Made by a program: the position numbers and the translations under genes. A stretch of DNA of 64,000 nt, taken from the NCBI RefSeq assembly GCF_009914755.1, contig NC_060935.1, one strand, 5' to 3'. Positions 1-12,830 of this stretch are shown here, piece after piece. The DNA comes from the human T2T-CHM13v2.0 reference genome, Homo sapiens. Every line of letters starts with the position of its first letter. The stretch's first letter is position 1. The notes under the pieces are model-generated. The model was given only the letters and a program-made list of their open reading frames with translations. It searched no databases and was not told the origin of the DNA.

Positions 1-39
1 TCATAGAATGCTATCAAGAAAGCAAGAAGTAACTTTCAA

Positions 40-170
40 AATGGGAAATAAAATTTGCAAATCATATATCTGATAAGGGACTAATAAAGAACTATTACAA
101 TTCAACAATAAAAAGACAAGTAACCCAAATAAAAATGGGCAAAAAATTTGTATTGATATTTCTCCAAAGA
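40..170 (+). mobile_element. Old L1 (L1M-type) ORF2 3' fragment
   Basis: tttgcaaatcatatatctgataagggacta...caataaaaagac...aaatgggcaaa...ttctccaaaga resembles the L1 ORF2 C-terminal region. Confidence 0.7.
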
Positions 171-1329
171 TATACACACATCATTTCCACTCACATTCCA
201 TTGTGAGAACTTATCTGTACAACCACACCTAATGCTAGAGGCCTAGGAGACATAGCCCTTGCCTCAGAAACCACAACTCTATACAGTGGAAGAAAGAGCA
301 CAGATTTTTCATGGAGATTTAGCCAGATGTACCTCAGTAGCAATTGTTAACCATGTCACACTGCCATCATCCAAAGCAGAACATGTGGAATGCCTTAATA
401 ATCTACTGAGTCTCAAGGTCCCTCCAGTTTGGTCAAGCTCACCTTTGGCCTTTTGGTGTCCACACTGTTATTTTACCCTTGAAGACTGAGAAACTCTTCT
501 CATCTGAGGCACTTGGTATGGTGGTGACACTTGGATTTCCTTTTATCCCATATGGGATATGTAAACTCAGAGCAAGAAAAATATGTGCTTTTTATCATTC
601 ATACATAAGGCATTTCCTTTCTTGGCATCTCTGAGGCTGATGAATGAGTTTTTTTTCTCCCTAAATACTCTTCATGCTTCATGAGCTATAATGAAAAGAA
701 ATGATATGCTCTGAATTCATCTGATTTAGGCACACGCATATTGAATGTCTTGCCATTAAGTATACTTTTTGATGTGTGGTATCCTTATGATCACATTATT
801 TCCCTTTTATGCTAGAAAAAAACACCTGGGGGAGGGCAGGGGAGCAATGCAAAAACTCCCAGCCCAATTTATTTACACTGGGATTAGTTAGCTATGCAAT
901 GATGCCAGTAACAAAAGAGTGACCCAAATCCCCAAGCAGGCAAGTGCGCAGAAAGTTATTTTATTTTCAGGGTGAGGTGACCACAAACATATTTGATTTC
1001 TACCCCCCGAGAAGTTACAAATCTGACTCTCTGGATTCAACAAAAAGGTAATTATTATGGTTGTAAAGCTCTTTGCAGCTTTGCAAATAGCTTTCAGATT
1101 CCCTATTGCAGTGGAGCAGGATGCATAGCTTCACTCACTCATTTAATGTACAGTTAGTGAGTACCTGCTATGTACAAGGCACTGTCTTAGGTATTAGATT
1201 TCTATCTCCCTGTTACTTAGGAGAAAACTGAGGCTCAGAGATGTAAAGTAGTGTGCCCATGATCACAGTCAGTGGAATTAGAACATACTTTCCTTAAACC
1301 TGGTTCTGTTAAACCAACCCTAGTTTGTC

Positions 1330-1545
1330 ATAGTAACTTGATTATTTACATGTGCCAGGCAAAGTGGTAAGAACTTTATATACTACATCTCATCTGATCT
1401 TCTCATCAACCTTGTGAATAGGTATTGTTTCCCTCATTTTACATACGAAGAAACCAAGGTTTAGAGAAGTCCGGAGGCTTGCCCAAAGTCACAACACGTG
1501 TAAGTGGCAGGGCTGAAATCTCTATCTAGCTCTGTCTGTCTGGAA
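1330..1545 (-). mobile_element. MIR SINE
   Basis: cattttacatacgaagaaaccaaggtttagagaag...gcccaaagtcac: reverse MIR core. Confidence 0.75.
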
Positions 1546-1933
1546 CCCTCCTTTGCCTGTACTTTGCCTCTGCTTCTCTCCCTCCCTGTTGATTGGCTGT
1601 GCCCATGAGACCCTGTCCATGTGGCCACAGCTGATTGAATAGGGATTGACACCTGCCACAGGGCAGCTTTCCTAAGGCCAGTGCTCTGTAGCACCCTGAG
1701 CCAGGCACACTTCAAGGCACAGCCCATACTGGGGGTGTCAGCTGTTGCCGCAGTCCTTGCTCATTCAGGATGGGTCACTGACCTCTGCCTCGTTCGGTTA
1801 GGTTCCAAAGTGACTTGATGCCGTACTTGTTCCCTGCTCTGATAACCAAGAGTGGTCACTCTTTCATCCTTCCCTCATTCTTTCTTCCAGCTTTAATTTC
1901 TGGAAATGAGTCTTTGGTTCAATTCTCCCTGGT

Positions 1934-2111
1934 CAGGATTGGTAACATCATTTTTAGGGCCCAGTGCAAAATTAAAATGTAGAGTTTCTTGTTCAAAAAT
2001 TATTACAGATTTGGAGATAGCAGCAACAGGACATTGAGTCAAGCATGAGGCTCTTCTGAGTGTGAAACCCTGTGTGTTTAAACAGGTTACATGCACATGA
2101 AGCCAGCCCAG
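1934..2111 (-). mobile_element. MER45A non-autonomous hAT DNA transposon
   Basis: gggcccagtgcaaaattaaaatg...ttgttcaaaaattatt...catgaagccagccc matches reverse MER45A; degenerate 8-bp TSD tccctggt/gccctggc. Confidence 0.8.
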
Positions 2112-2984
2112 GCCCTGGCATAGTTTTTAATGACACTTTTGGAATGGCCCAGATTTTTACCATAGATTCTCCTTCTGTTTTTGCATCACCCCTCCCTGCT
2201 CTAACCTGGAACAGGCCAACTTTCACCATGGCTCTGTTAGCACTTATTCTCCATCTCTTGGCCCTTTTACCCATTGTAACCTAATTCTCTAATTTCCTAA
2301 GTTCCCAGTAGTCTGTCTCCCCCAAGACCAGTCCCAACTCCCTGACATTCTCATGGGCATCTCACACACTGAGCTTTCCAGACAGTGACCTTGCACTGTA
2401 TACAGATGGGAGACTGATCAGGAGAGAGAAAAGACTGTGTATGTTTGGCAAAGTATTTGTTTATGAGGATTTTTGGCATCTGGAGTAATTTTTGCTTTTT
2501 ATTGAATATAGCTCTGCATTTTATAGATGGCTCTCAACTTGGCCTGAGATTCTTGAAGGAAATTTTGGGATTTTTGCCAAACAATAACACAGAGCTTCAT
2601 ATTTATGTTATAAAAGCCAGCAGTGTCACCATAGACAACTTCCTTCCTTTGTTGGAGCAGTTTTCAAAAACACAGATCACAGCATTATTCAGTACAGTAA
2701 ACCACACCCTCCACCCCTTTATTGTTATTGACAACAGCAGGGCAGAGTGTGTAAGTCATATCCAAGTGGAAAACATTGGCTCCAATGCATCCTATTGTGA
2801 AATCCTCATGCATTGTGTTGCAGCACTGACAACAAAGGAAAAATTAAGAAACATAAAGAGGGAGAAGAAAAAAGATTCCAAATGGAATAAGACAAAAGAG
2901 AGAGAGGTTCAAAAAGCAGTAGGCCAAGATATGCTGTGAATGCCCAAGACTCTGGTTCTGTTAAATCAATACTAGTCCATGACA

Positions 2985-3970
2985 GCAAACATTTATTGAG
3001 TATTTGCCGTATACAAGGCATGGGTTGATTCTATACATATTTATTTGGTCTTCTCAACAACCTTGAAACCACCTTTGCAAACTTACAACAGTAAGAGAAA
3101 TCTAAAATAGTTGTCTCCATCTTGCTTCTGACCTCCAACTTGTCCTTGGTCATTCCTGGGCATAGGCCAAGATAACCTTGGGTAGAATTTAGTTTATGGT
3201 TAACTGAAAAGCAAGGATGATAATAGTCCCTCCCTAAAATGAACTCTTTCCTTGCTCGGGGACTGAAAACTCCCTTTGTGGGGTTTTTATTTTATTTTAT
3301 TTTATTTTCGAAAACTATCTTTGTAAACTAGAATAGGATTCTGGGAAGGGCCCGAATTCTGCTAAAGTGTTGGCATAGTTTCTATAATCCCTTACCGCTC
3401 AGGAGTCATGTGGCCAGAGGTTATAAAATTTGTGGCTTCCCTAATTGCTTCTATAGATAGTGTCACTATTGTAGAACCTAAAATTGATTTTTTGAGATAT
3501 CTTTCAGACTGACCCCTCCTGGACTCTGACTCATGACTCAGCTAATCCTGTGGCTCTACCCAGAGGCAAACTCACTGCATGAGGACCATTTTCCACACCT
3601 CTACTCTTTCAACCCCAACCAATAAGCAGCACCCATTTCCCAGCCCCCTACCCACCAACTTGTGCATAAAACCCCTAAGCTCTGAGCCTTCAAGGAGACT
3701 GAATTGAGTGAGAATTCCAGTTCTCCTGTATGGGCTGGCCTTGTGTCGATTAAACTCTTTCTCTACTGCAATGCCCCAACCTCAGTGAACAGATTTTGAC
3801 TGTGCAGAGGGCAGGAAGAACCCAACAGGCAATTACAACCTTGTGAAGTTGGTATTATTTTACAGATGAGTAGGAACTTAAGGCTCAGAGAAGTAAGGAG
3901 CATTGACCAAAGTCACAGATCCTATAAATGGCAGAGCTGGAATCTGTGTCTCCATGGTCTAAACTTCCTC
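2985..3970 (-). mobile_element. MIR split by the LTR8 insertion (approx. 2985-3063 and 3838-3970)
   Basis: caacaacct|tgtgaag...attttacagatgag...aggctcagagaag rejoins into a continuous reverse MIR when the LTR is removed. Confidence 0.75.
3064..3837 (+). mobile_element. Solo ERV1 LTR, LTR8 family (probably LTR8B)
   Basis: TGAAACCACCTTTGCAAA...CTCCATCTTGCTTCT...ATTAAA...GGCAATTACA, TG..CA termini, 4-bp TSD acct (3060-3063, 3838-3841). Confidence 0.88.
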
Positions 3971-3989
3971 CATTCCCTACTGACACGCT

Positions 3990-4500
3990 GTGCCCTGGAG
4001 ACCCTAACCCTACAGCCACAGTTGATTGGACATCTGACATAAACAGCTAATCCATGGGGAGAACTGGGATGTCTGTGACCAGAACCAAATATGAGATCGG
4101 GGCCAATTTTGTTCCTCTCTTACGATTTTAGAGTCTGGAAAAATCATAGCCAGTTAGCTATGAAGCCAAAGGTTAATGAGATGGACTCAATACAGGGGCA
4201 GCCATTCTGAGCCATGGGCAAACTACAGTGAGGAGCACTGCAGGCAGGAGAAAAGGGAAGACAAGGCACCAAGAGACAGAGGGTGAGAGGGATCGGAGAC
4301 AGAGACACAGAGCCAAAGAGAATGGAGCCTAGAGCTAGCCACCTTGGCTCCTGACAGAGTCTTGATTTTAGGCCCAAGGGGTCCTGGCTGCACTATGGCA
4401 CCTATCCTTGGCTTCCTGTGAGGTCTCCATATTCTTACAATGATTCTTTCCACCTAAGCTCATGTGAATGGGCCTCTGTAGCAACCCCCAAAATTCTGAT
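3990..4500 (+). mobile_element. Ancient LTR fragment (LTR78/79-like)
   Basis: gattggacatctgac..., GA-rich middle, ggctgcact...cttggcttcctgtgag...aagctcatgtgaatggg resemble this family; recalled, not aligned. Confidence 0.45.
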
Positions 4501-5514
4501 TTCAACAGCCTGATGCAAGAGCCACCTTACCATCTGACTGCAGGCCCCCATCTTCATTTACAATAACAGCCATACCCACCATGTGTCCCAGGACAGTTGA
4601 CAAGCCAGAGTTTCCATAGGTCTAGTTCCTCATCTCTGTTGCTTTGATTAACCTGCCACTGCCACCATCCCTGAATAGAGAATATGTCTTCAGCCTCCAG
4701 ACCACTCCCTACCAGTCCCACCTTTCCTCCTATGGCCTATCTCCAGGTCTCTTGCCTTCATGGGTGCAACAACCACCTTCTCAGGTCACCAGACTGCAGC
4801 TCAAGGGATACCAAGGAGCAGGTGTTCAGCCCTGAACATTGCCTTCCATTCTCATTCCTAGAGGTCCCCAAAAAATGACCCCCCTCCTCCAATACCCAGA
4901 TGTGGGTTTTTAGGAATTAATCTGGACATATAATAAAGAAAAACAGAGACAGTCTAATAAAGAAATGTAGACATGAGCAGACCCTGGCTTCTTGTCTAGA
5001 TTCTCATCCTGACTGGCTGTGTTAACCTCAGGCAAGTTGGCCGATATCTCTGAGTCTTGGATTTCTTACCTACAGTGACAGGGAGGGTGGATAACATGAG
5101 AATGAGGCTCCTTCCCACTCTGACATTCTAAGATCCAAATTTAAATACCAATCAGTTCGATTGGCATTTAGAGAAGAGGATCCTAGATTCTTTCTGAAAC
5201 GTGTGCTTTATCATCACACCTGTTCAGGCAGCAAGTATCAGCAAAGCACCTATAGCAGTGCAGACTGGATATGGAAAAGGAACTAAATTATCACAGAAGA
5301 TAACAGCACACTAACTGAAGGTTCAGAAAAAAAGGGAGGGGGGCTTCATGTCTAAGAGAAGAAGGAAGGTGTGGGCAACTGTATGAACAGCAGAGGTGCA
5401 AGGGCATGTGCATTGCTGAAACAGCAGATTTCTAAGCATGTATCACAGCAGGCTGGGCTTGCAGGCTTTATTTAGGTAAAACTCCCATTGAGCTTCAGCT
5501 CCCAGTGCCCAGTC

Positions 5515-5569
5515 TGACTCAGAGCTTCAGAATTTTGTCCTGCAGTGCGATGAGTCATGGTGATGAAAT
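5515..5569. promoter_or_regulatory. Candidate enhancer motifs: two AP-1 sites and a C/EBP-ATF-like site
   Basis: TGACTCA 5515-5521, TGAGTCA 5551-5557, TGATGAAAT 5561-5569. Confidence 0.35.
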
Positions 5570-6434
5570 TTCAAGAGAAAAGGACATTTTTAAAATTAGC
5601 TGTAAGATAGCAACTGGCTGTGCTTTTGCTCTGTAAGTGCCTTTTCCAGGTTATTTGAATTCCTCCTTTTTCAAGGCAACTGGAATGGTTGGGAATGGAG
5701 GCCCTGGAATAGGCCTCTCGTTTGCCTGCCCTTGGCCACTCAGATTCCCAAAACTCCAGGGCCTCTCAGTGCTTGCTCTTTTCAAGGAAGCAAGCCAAGG
5801 ACTGGGGCACTGACCCTCAGGCCTGGTCTGCCCTTCACTCTTCCGCCTGATATCTTGTGGTTCTAAGAGAATGGAGTCCTCACAGGCCCCCAAGGCTAAG
5901 GTTGGGCTGGGCTGGGTTGACCACCCCAGCTAGAAGTTCCACCATTGAACAAAGATGGAGTGTGAGAGTCTCTTCTTACCCAACCTAATTCCTCTGACTG
6001 CACAAGCCCACTTTGTGCCTTTTGACCGCGCCTCCTCTCAGGGCAGGAAATCAAAGCTGACACTGGCTTTGCAGTTGGAATATTTCCATCAGGAATGAGA
6101 CGTAAATGAACAATTTCTCCACTGTTTCCTGTACAACAGAGGGTTCTGTTGAGATTGGACAGGCGTGGCTCAGTTCCCTTCTTTTATTTACCCTGATGGA
6201 GAGCGTGTTCTCAATGTTTCCATCCCTCCTCAGGGATGTGCTGTCTAATGAGTATAATTGGGATTCCCCTCAACAAATCCAAATATTCAAAGAGCTACCC
6301 AGGTCTTTAGGGAATGTGAATGGAACTACAAGCAGGAACTATGAGCCCAGCCCAGCTGGTGAGATTCAAGAAGCTTCAAAAGGCCTAAATATATCTCCCT
6401 TTTGCCAAGTTCTTCCTATCAATATGCATATATT

Positions 6435-6690
6435 CATTTAGTCTTTCATTTAACAAGAATTGATTGCATACCAACCATATGGCATCACTGAGCTGGATAT
6501 AGAGAATATTAACATAAATAAAATACAGCTGCTGCCACAAAGAACACATCTTTCAGTATGGAAATAGTGGTAAGCAATCAGTTATAATGCAAGATGGAGT
6601 GCTATCATAGAAGTGTATACAAAATATGAGATGCAGAAAGAAGGAATGGAAAGGTAGGGATGTGATCAGGCTCTAAGAGAAAAGTAAAGA
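6435..6690 (-). mobile_element. L2 3' fragment
   Basis: ttcatttaacaag...actgagctggatatagag...ataatgcaagat..agtgctatcatagaag: typical reverse L2 3' end. Confidence 0.55.
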
Positions 6691-7609
6691 TGTGTATTAG
6701 TAATTAGGTCAACAAACCAAGAAAAACAGACAAAACCTTTTCTGGTTTGTATAACCAGTATGTTGAACAAGCATGACTCATGGCATAATAATACACTGTT
6801 GACTTCTCCTGTCCTGGACCTCTCCTGCCCCACTCTCTCTCTCTCTGCTGTTTCAGATCCAACACAGTTAAAGCCATGGGCAGGAGAAGAGGTAAAGCAA
6901 TAGTACAGATTTGACTTGAGTCTGGTCTTTGGCCAAGGGAAGCATCCCCTGGGTGAGCCAGAGCAGCACTCTTCTCATAGGGGCCATGCCATGGGTTGCT
7001 CCCAAGTCCCTTTGTGGGACCTCTGTCCTGCAGTCACCTTGACCCTGACAGATGTGTCGCCATTCCTGGAGCCACTTGAGGCATTGAGGAGCAGCACATT
7101 TCCAATCTTCCTGCAAAAATCCCTTCACTTCTCTCACAGGCACTTTCAGAGAAGATCTAAGATGGCCCACAGAACGGTTCTCTTTCTGGTGTGTCCCACA
7201 TCTAGTGCATAGGAAATGACCTTGAACAACTCTGGGAATGCATTCCAAACCCACCCAGCACACCTCCTGGTTCCTGAACCTAGACAGCAAGTTACTCCTC
7301 TCTCATCCTCTGCCCACAGCGGGCAGGAGCCAGGACCCAGTCATGGTCTGCTCTCCCAGACATTACTCAGGACTAGTTCTCTATGGTCCCTCGTGCAAGG
7401 AATATCTTTTCACGTTCTCCTGCAGCACCTCCATGCCTCCCTCTAAGGGAGAGGGCTGTAACAGCTCTCTCCAAAGGAATCTCTTCTCTAATTCTCTCTC
7501 CAAGCTGGTCCCTCTGACCCTTTCCTCTACTCTTGACCTGGCTGAGGGCCAAGACTGAAGGTACATGAGCCCTTTTCTTGAAAATCCACATCTTGGGGAT
7601 ATGTTGTCA
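6691..7609 (-). mobile_element. Possible ancient LTR (Gypsy-type MamGypLTR/LTR85-88-like)
   Basis: Minus strand is purine-rich, begins TG (tgacaacatatcccc) and ends ...ctaattactaatacaca; family not verified. Confidence 0.3.
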
Positions 7610-8300
7610 TGCTCATTTTTTTAATCTTGATATTGATCATATTTGGCATGTCAGGTGAACTAATGGCAAGAAGTAGCCCATTCCAAACATCTTATGTCCC
7701 ATCGCTGAAACAACCCATACTGGGAATGGTGTCTCCCAGGATGCTCACCTGAGCTGTGTTCTGTTTGTAAGTAGGCAGAGGATGGAGACCTCTTGAAGAC
7801 CTAATTGTTCCCAAGATATAGTCTATGCTCCCCATCACATAAACTTCTGAGCTCCTTGGTCAAATCCGAAATGAATTTTTCATACCAGAGTTTACCCAGA
7901 GGACTGTGGGGGTGGGGTTGTGACCTGGATGGAGGACCGGAAGCTGTCCCAGTTTACTCAGTGTAGCTCGGAAAGGACAGGTTTGAAGTGAATCCATGTT
8001 TCTTCACACAGATAATTTTTTCCTCTTCAGAGTACTGGTCCACTCTGACAGCCCGTTGCCACAGAGCACCACCCACAGAGCAGAGGATCCACACTCAGTA
8101 TTACATAGCATCAGCAGAAACAGAGGCTGACCCCCTTGGTGAGGCCACTTCAGTTTCCTTGTTCTTGGGCCACCCATGAGCACCTCTGACAGTTTAAAAG
8201 ATACTCTTACAAGCCAAAGGAGAGAAGTATAGCCCAGGATTCCCAGGATTCCCTGGGAGCCCAACAGTCAAACTCTGAGCCCTGCATAGGCTGTGAAAAC

Positions 8301-8348
8301 TGAGTCACAGGTTGGTGACTCACTGGCTTGAGACCACACCATGAGTCA
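8301..8348. promoter_or_regulatory. AP-1 cluster with RUNX site
   Basis: TGAGTCA 8301-8307, TGACTCA 8316-8322, ACCACA 8333-8338, TGAGTCA 8342-8348. Confidence 0.45.
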
Positions 8349-8734
8349 GGCAAAAAAGGCTGGGGACAAACTTTTATAATCTAATTTCTCCAGACTGCCT
8401 CTAGAGAACCACCCTTGAAAAAGAGCAGGCTCTGGGGTAAATGGCCGGGAAGACTTGTTGAGACACCAAACCGCGCATCAGAGAATAAAGACATACCTTG
8501 GCTTGTTGCATGTCTCACCTCACTGACAGCTTGCGGTTGTGTGCAATAGATTCTAATGTTGTTTTGTAATTTCTAACCCCACTTACTGGTAACAAATTCA
8601 TCAATCACTTCAGATCTGCTGGCTGCCCTTAGTGACTCAGTGTCATTCATTATCCCCTAGCAACTGCTTATGCTTCAGTGTTTATGAAACCCTGGTGCAG
8701 AAAGGCTGTCTGGGGACAGGGGAGGTGACATAGA

Positions 8735-8950
8735 GCAGTGATTAAGGTCACAGGCTTGGTTATTACACAAACCTGGATTTAAATTCCGGTGTCACATTTG
8801 ATAGGATCTTAGGCAAGTCACTTGCTTCATTTTTTCCATTATTAAAACAGAAATAACAGTGCACTTGAAGAGTTGCATGGAGGAATAAATGAAATCCTGT
8901 TCATAAATAGCCTGGAATATAGGATATGCTTTATAATTGATTAAATATTA
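8735..8950 (+). mobile_element. MIR SINE
   Basis: agcagtgattaag...cctggatttaaattcc...ggcaagtcactt...aggaataaatga. Confidence 0.65.
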
Positions 8951-9137
8951 TATTATTCATTAAGGATTTATTTCCATTAATGACTGCTCTTCCTCACAAT
9001 TTTGCTAATTGTTTACAATGTTAAATAATCATTTATTGGGGTACAAAAAAATTAAGTTTTTGCCAATATACAAAAAAATCAAACAGCAGCAGAGATCTAA
9101 ACTACCATCAGCACACATAGCCCTTAAGAGAAGGACT

Positions 9138-9507
<370 letters not shown>

Positions 9508-9774
9508 TTATAAATAAATAAAAGGCTAAATGGTGAGTATTTCCACACTAAACAGTTTTGGAGTTTGTGTCATCCATATTTGAGCACTTTCATTCATCAA
9601 GTAAGAAACTTCAGCACATCTCTGCATTAGACATTATGTGAAACACAACCTAGCCATCCTCCACACACAAAACAGTATAAACACGAGCACACTCCAGGGT
9701 GTGGAGGGGTTTCAAGGCCACAAAGTGATACTTAGGCTTAGGATGGTCCTGAAAAACATTTTTGAGACAGAATT

Positions 9775-10137
9775 GGTATTTGAGTCTGTTTGGGCTGCTA
9801 TAACAAAAACATCAGAAACTGGATGGCTTATGAACAACAGAAATTTATTCCTCACAGCTCCAGAGGTTGGGAAGTCCAAGATCAAGAAACCAGCAGATTT
9901 GGTGTCTGGTGAGGGCCTGTATTCTTGTTCATAGATGATGCCTCTTTCTGTGACCACACATGTGGAAGCAGTAAATGAGCTCCCTCAAGGCTCTTTCCTA
10001 AGGGTATGAGTCCCATTCATGAGGGCTCTGCCCTGTAACCTAGTCACTTCCCAAAGGCCCCGCCACCTGGCACCATCACTTGGTGAATAGGTTTCAACCT
10101 ACAGATTTGAGGGGGACACAGCATTCAGAAAATAGCA
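9775..10137 (-). mobile_element. MaLR LTR (MLT1A-type)
   Basis: gggctgctataacaaaa...aacagaaatttatt...tccaagatcaag...ggtgagggcc...ggggacacagcattcaga. Confidence 0.85.
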
Positions 10138-10810
10138 ATTCAGAACTGGGACTGGAGAGAATAGGCAGGATGAGGTGGGACATCAGGAAGCAGGAGAAGC
10201 TCTGGCAAGGGCTGGGAGAGACAGAAGATGCTGAACATATAGAGATCAGTGAGGTAGTGGCCCGGCCAGCCTGATCTGGGGCATTTGTGAGAGACGAGGG
10301 TGAATAGTAAAAGCCTTGGAGGGAGAACACCTCACCCACTGGAGACAGTCTCTTGTGGTCTTCACCAGCTGGACCTCCCAGGTGAGAGTAGCTTGCTCTT
10401 CCTTTCGCTGTGGGGTGGAGACATAGGATAAAGGAGGTTCTATTGACCACATGTTTTATGACATTGGCCCAGTCACTTCCCTTCTCTGGAGCTTGAATTC
10501 CCTCAGCCATGGGATAAGTGGGTTGACCTGATCTCAGGTTCTACACTTCAGTATGCAGATGAATCACTGGGCGAGTGAACTAAAACAGATCCCTGGGCTT
10601 GACTGCTAGATACAGAATCCTAGACTTGGGTTGCATTTTACAATGCCCCCTGCCACCCCAACATGTAATTCTAGGAGGTAGAATTCTAGCACAAAGTTTC
10701 ACAAACTTTTCCAATACGAGGATCAATTTTTTAAGTAAAAAAATTTCCAAAACCACCTCTATGTAAATGTAGATTAATTCTTATATTGGTTGTTTGAGAA
10801 AACACATAAC

Positions 10811-10826
10811 CAAAAAAAAAAAAAGA
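10811..10826 (+). mobile_element. Solo poly(A) insertion with 15-bp TSD
   Basis: gagaaaacacataac (10796-10810), then cA13ga, then gagaaaacacataac (10827-10841). Confidence 0.6.
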
Positions 10827-12309
10827 GAGAAAACACATAACAGTTTAAAACGATCATGAATGCGATAACACTTTGTGTTGTGCTTATAGTTTATTAATCT
10901 CAGCAGGGGCACATATGTTTGAAAAATAGTATTCTATGCATGTGGAGTGGGCAGGATGTGCTATTTCTTCATAGTCTAGGTGATGTTTGGCATCCTCTGC
11001 ATTGGAGTATTGTAATCCACAGACTCTGGGTATGTAGCTCACAATTTGGAAACACTGACCTAAATTAACTGTTAGTTTCCACCTCAAAACTAACCTTTGA
11101 TTCTAATTAGAGGCCTATGACTAGTTGGCTAAGCACTGGTTCTTTTGCCTGTGTTTGAAATCTAATAAAAAAAAAATCTTGGCTGAGCAAGAACTGCTGC
11201 TTCAGGTAATATTGCCCCACCTCCCAAAAAAAGTGGCACTGCTCCTTTCCCCACAGATTCATTGTCATCCCCTGATTTGCAAGAGGGCTGAGGAATCCAC
11301 TAGGACAGGAAAAGGACTTAAATCTTTTTACCAGGGGGCTTAAATACAATGCATACGAACTGTCACTTAAGAGCCAGTTTTGCCAAAAGGGGCTATGAAT
11401 TCTCCTGTAATTGAATCATCCATCAGAGAAACAGGGTCCAGCAGGCAGCCAGACCCAGTACAGGCCTGGAGGGGATCTGGAGTGTTTCCAGATCCACTCT
11501 GTTAGCTGATATTAGACCATGCCTGTCCCAGTCATGATGCACAGCTGTAAAAGGAATATATGTATGAACTTAAATAGGTCTTTTAGAAAACGTATTAACT
11601 CTGTGGCTGAAGCTATGAACCGCTCACTGAGCGTGACATGTAAGAAACTCACTCTCTTCATTAGAGTGGTAGCAGCATGCAGCCTCAGGCAGCAGCTGCT
11701 ACACCTGGCAAGAAACCACCAGCACTGCTTCTTGGACACCTGAAAGCATCCCTGGGGCTTCTCAGAAATGTTTGGGATGAGTTTCTGTGAAAGACCAGTC
11801 TCCTACATTGACATAGGTGGAGGCTCAGTGCCCTAAAGATTCGAGTACTACGCTTAAATGTGATTGCCTTTGCAATGACTGAATTTTCAGACTATAGAAA
11901 TGGAAAGTTGGAGACAATGTTCATCAGATAGATATTTATTGGCTGTTGCTTAGTTCTTTAGGTTTCTTTTACTGTAATGGTTGTTCAGTATAATGGTAAC
12001 TGGTCTCAAAAACAAAAACCTGGTTCTCACCCAGCCATTAAGGCACCCACAACTGCAATCTCAGGGTGGTGGTAAGCATATCCATGTGAACCTTCTCTCC
12101 ATCGAGCTCATGATCTCTGCGGTTGGCTTCTGGTTTCTCAGGGAATGGCTGGCATTTAGATTTACAGTTGTAGGAGAGACCCTGGGGAGTGACTGCAGTG
12201 GATTCCATTGGGCTCAGAGACATTCTTTCTTTTGCTCTGTCAACTGGGGTCCACCCAAGCTTTTGATGAGAGCAGCTTCAAAGTATGTGATGTGTCTGCA
12301 CAGAGTATT

Positions 12310-12312
<3 letters not shown>

Positions 12313-12345
<33 letters not shown>

Positions 12346-12627
12346 AGACAGAGTCTCACTCTGTCACCCAGGCTGGAGTACAGTGGTGCAATTTCAGCTC
12401 ACTGAAACCTCCCCCTCCCAGGTTCAAGCAATTCTCCTGCCTCAACCTCCTGAGTAGCTGAGATTACAGGTGCCTGCCACCATGCCCAGCTGATTTTTGT
12501 ATTTTCTGTAGAGACGGGGTTTCGCCATGTTGGCCAGGCTGGTCTCAAACTCCCAGGCTCAAAGCAATCCACTTGCTTCAGTCACCCAAAGTGCTGGGAT
12601 TACAGGTGTGAGACACCAGGCCCAGCC
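12313..12627 (-). mobile_element. Alu (old S/J type)
   Basis: poly-T then gagacagagtctcactctgtcacccaggctgg...; TSD cagagtatt (12301-12309, 12628-12636). Confidence 0.95.
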
Positions 12628-12654
12628 CAGAGTATTTGGCCACAAAAATGTCAG

Positions 12655-12830
12655 GGAGGTGGTATGGAATTGTTAAAATAATGCAGGTTTTGGAACCTGA
12701 AAGATGTGACCTCTCTGAGCCTCCGTTCCATTGTCTGTAAAATGGACTCGAAAACCCCACCTTATAGGGTGGTTATGAGGTTAAGCAATAGTGTATGTAA
12801 GGTGACTGGCACAGTCATTGCGCAGGCAGT
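12655..12830 (+). mobile_element. MIR SINE
   Basis: acctctctgagcctccgttccattgtctgtaaaatgg...atagggtggttatgaggttaag. Confidence 0.75.

Noticed and set aside
2445-2939. 164-aa plus-strand ORF
   Set aside because: Non-ATG start, no recognisable domain, lysine-rich tail comes from low-complexity A/G sequence; likely chance
6868-7591. Several 60-140 aa ORFs suggesting a gag-like or processed pseudogene
   Set aside because: No motif recognised in any frame; no poly(A) or TSD; better explained as an old LTR
11530-11612. C/D-box snoRNA-like atgatg...ctga spacing
   Set aside because: C box imperfect, no convincing terminal stem or recognisable rRNA guide
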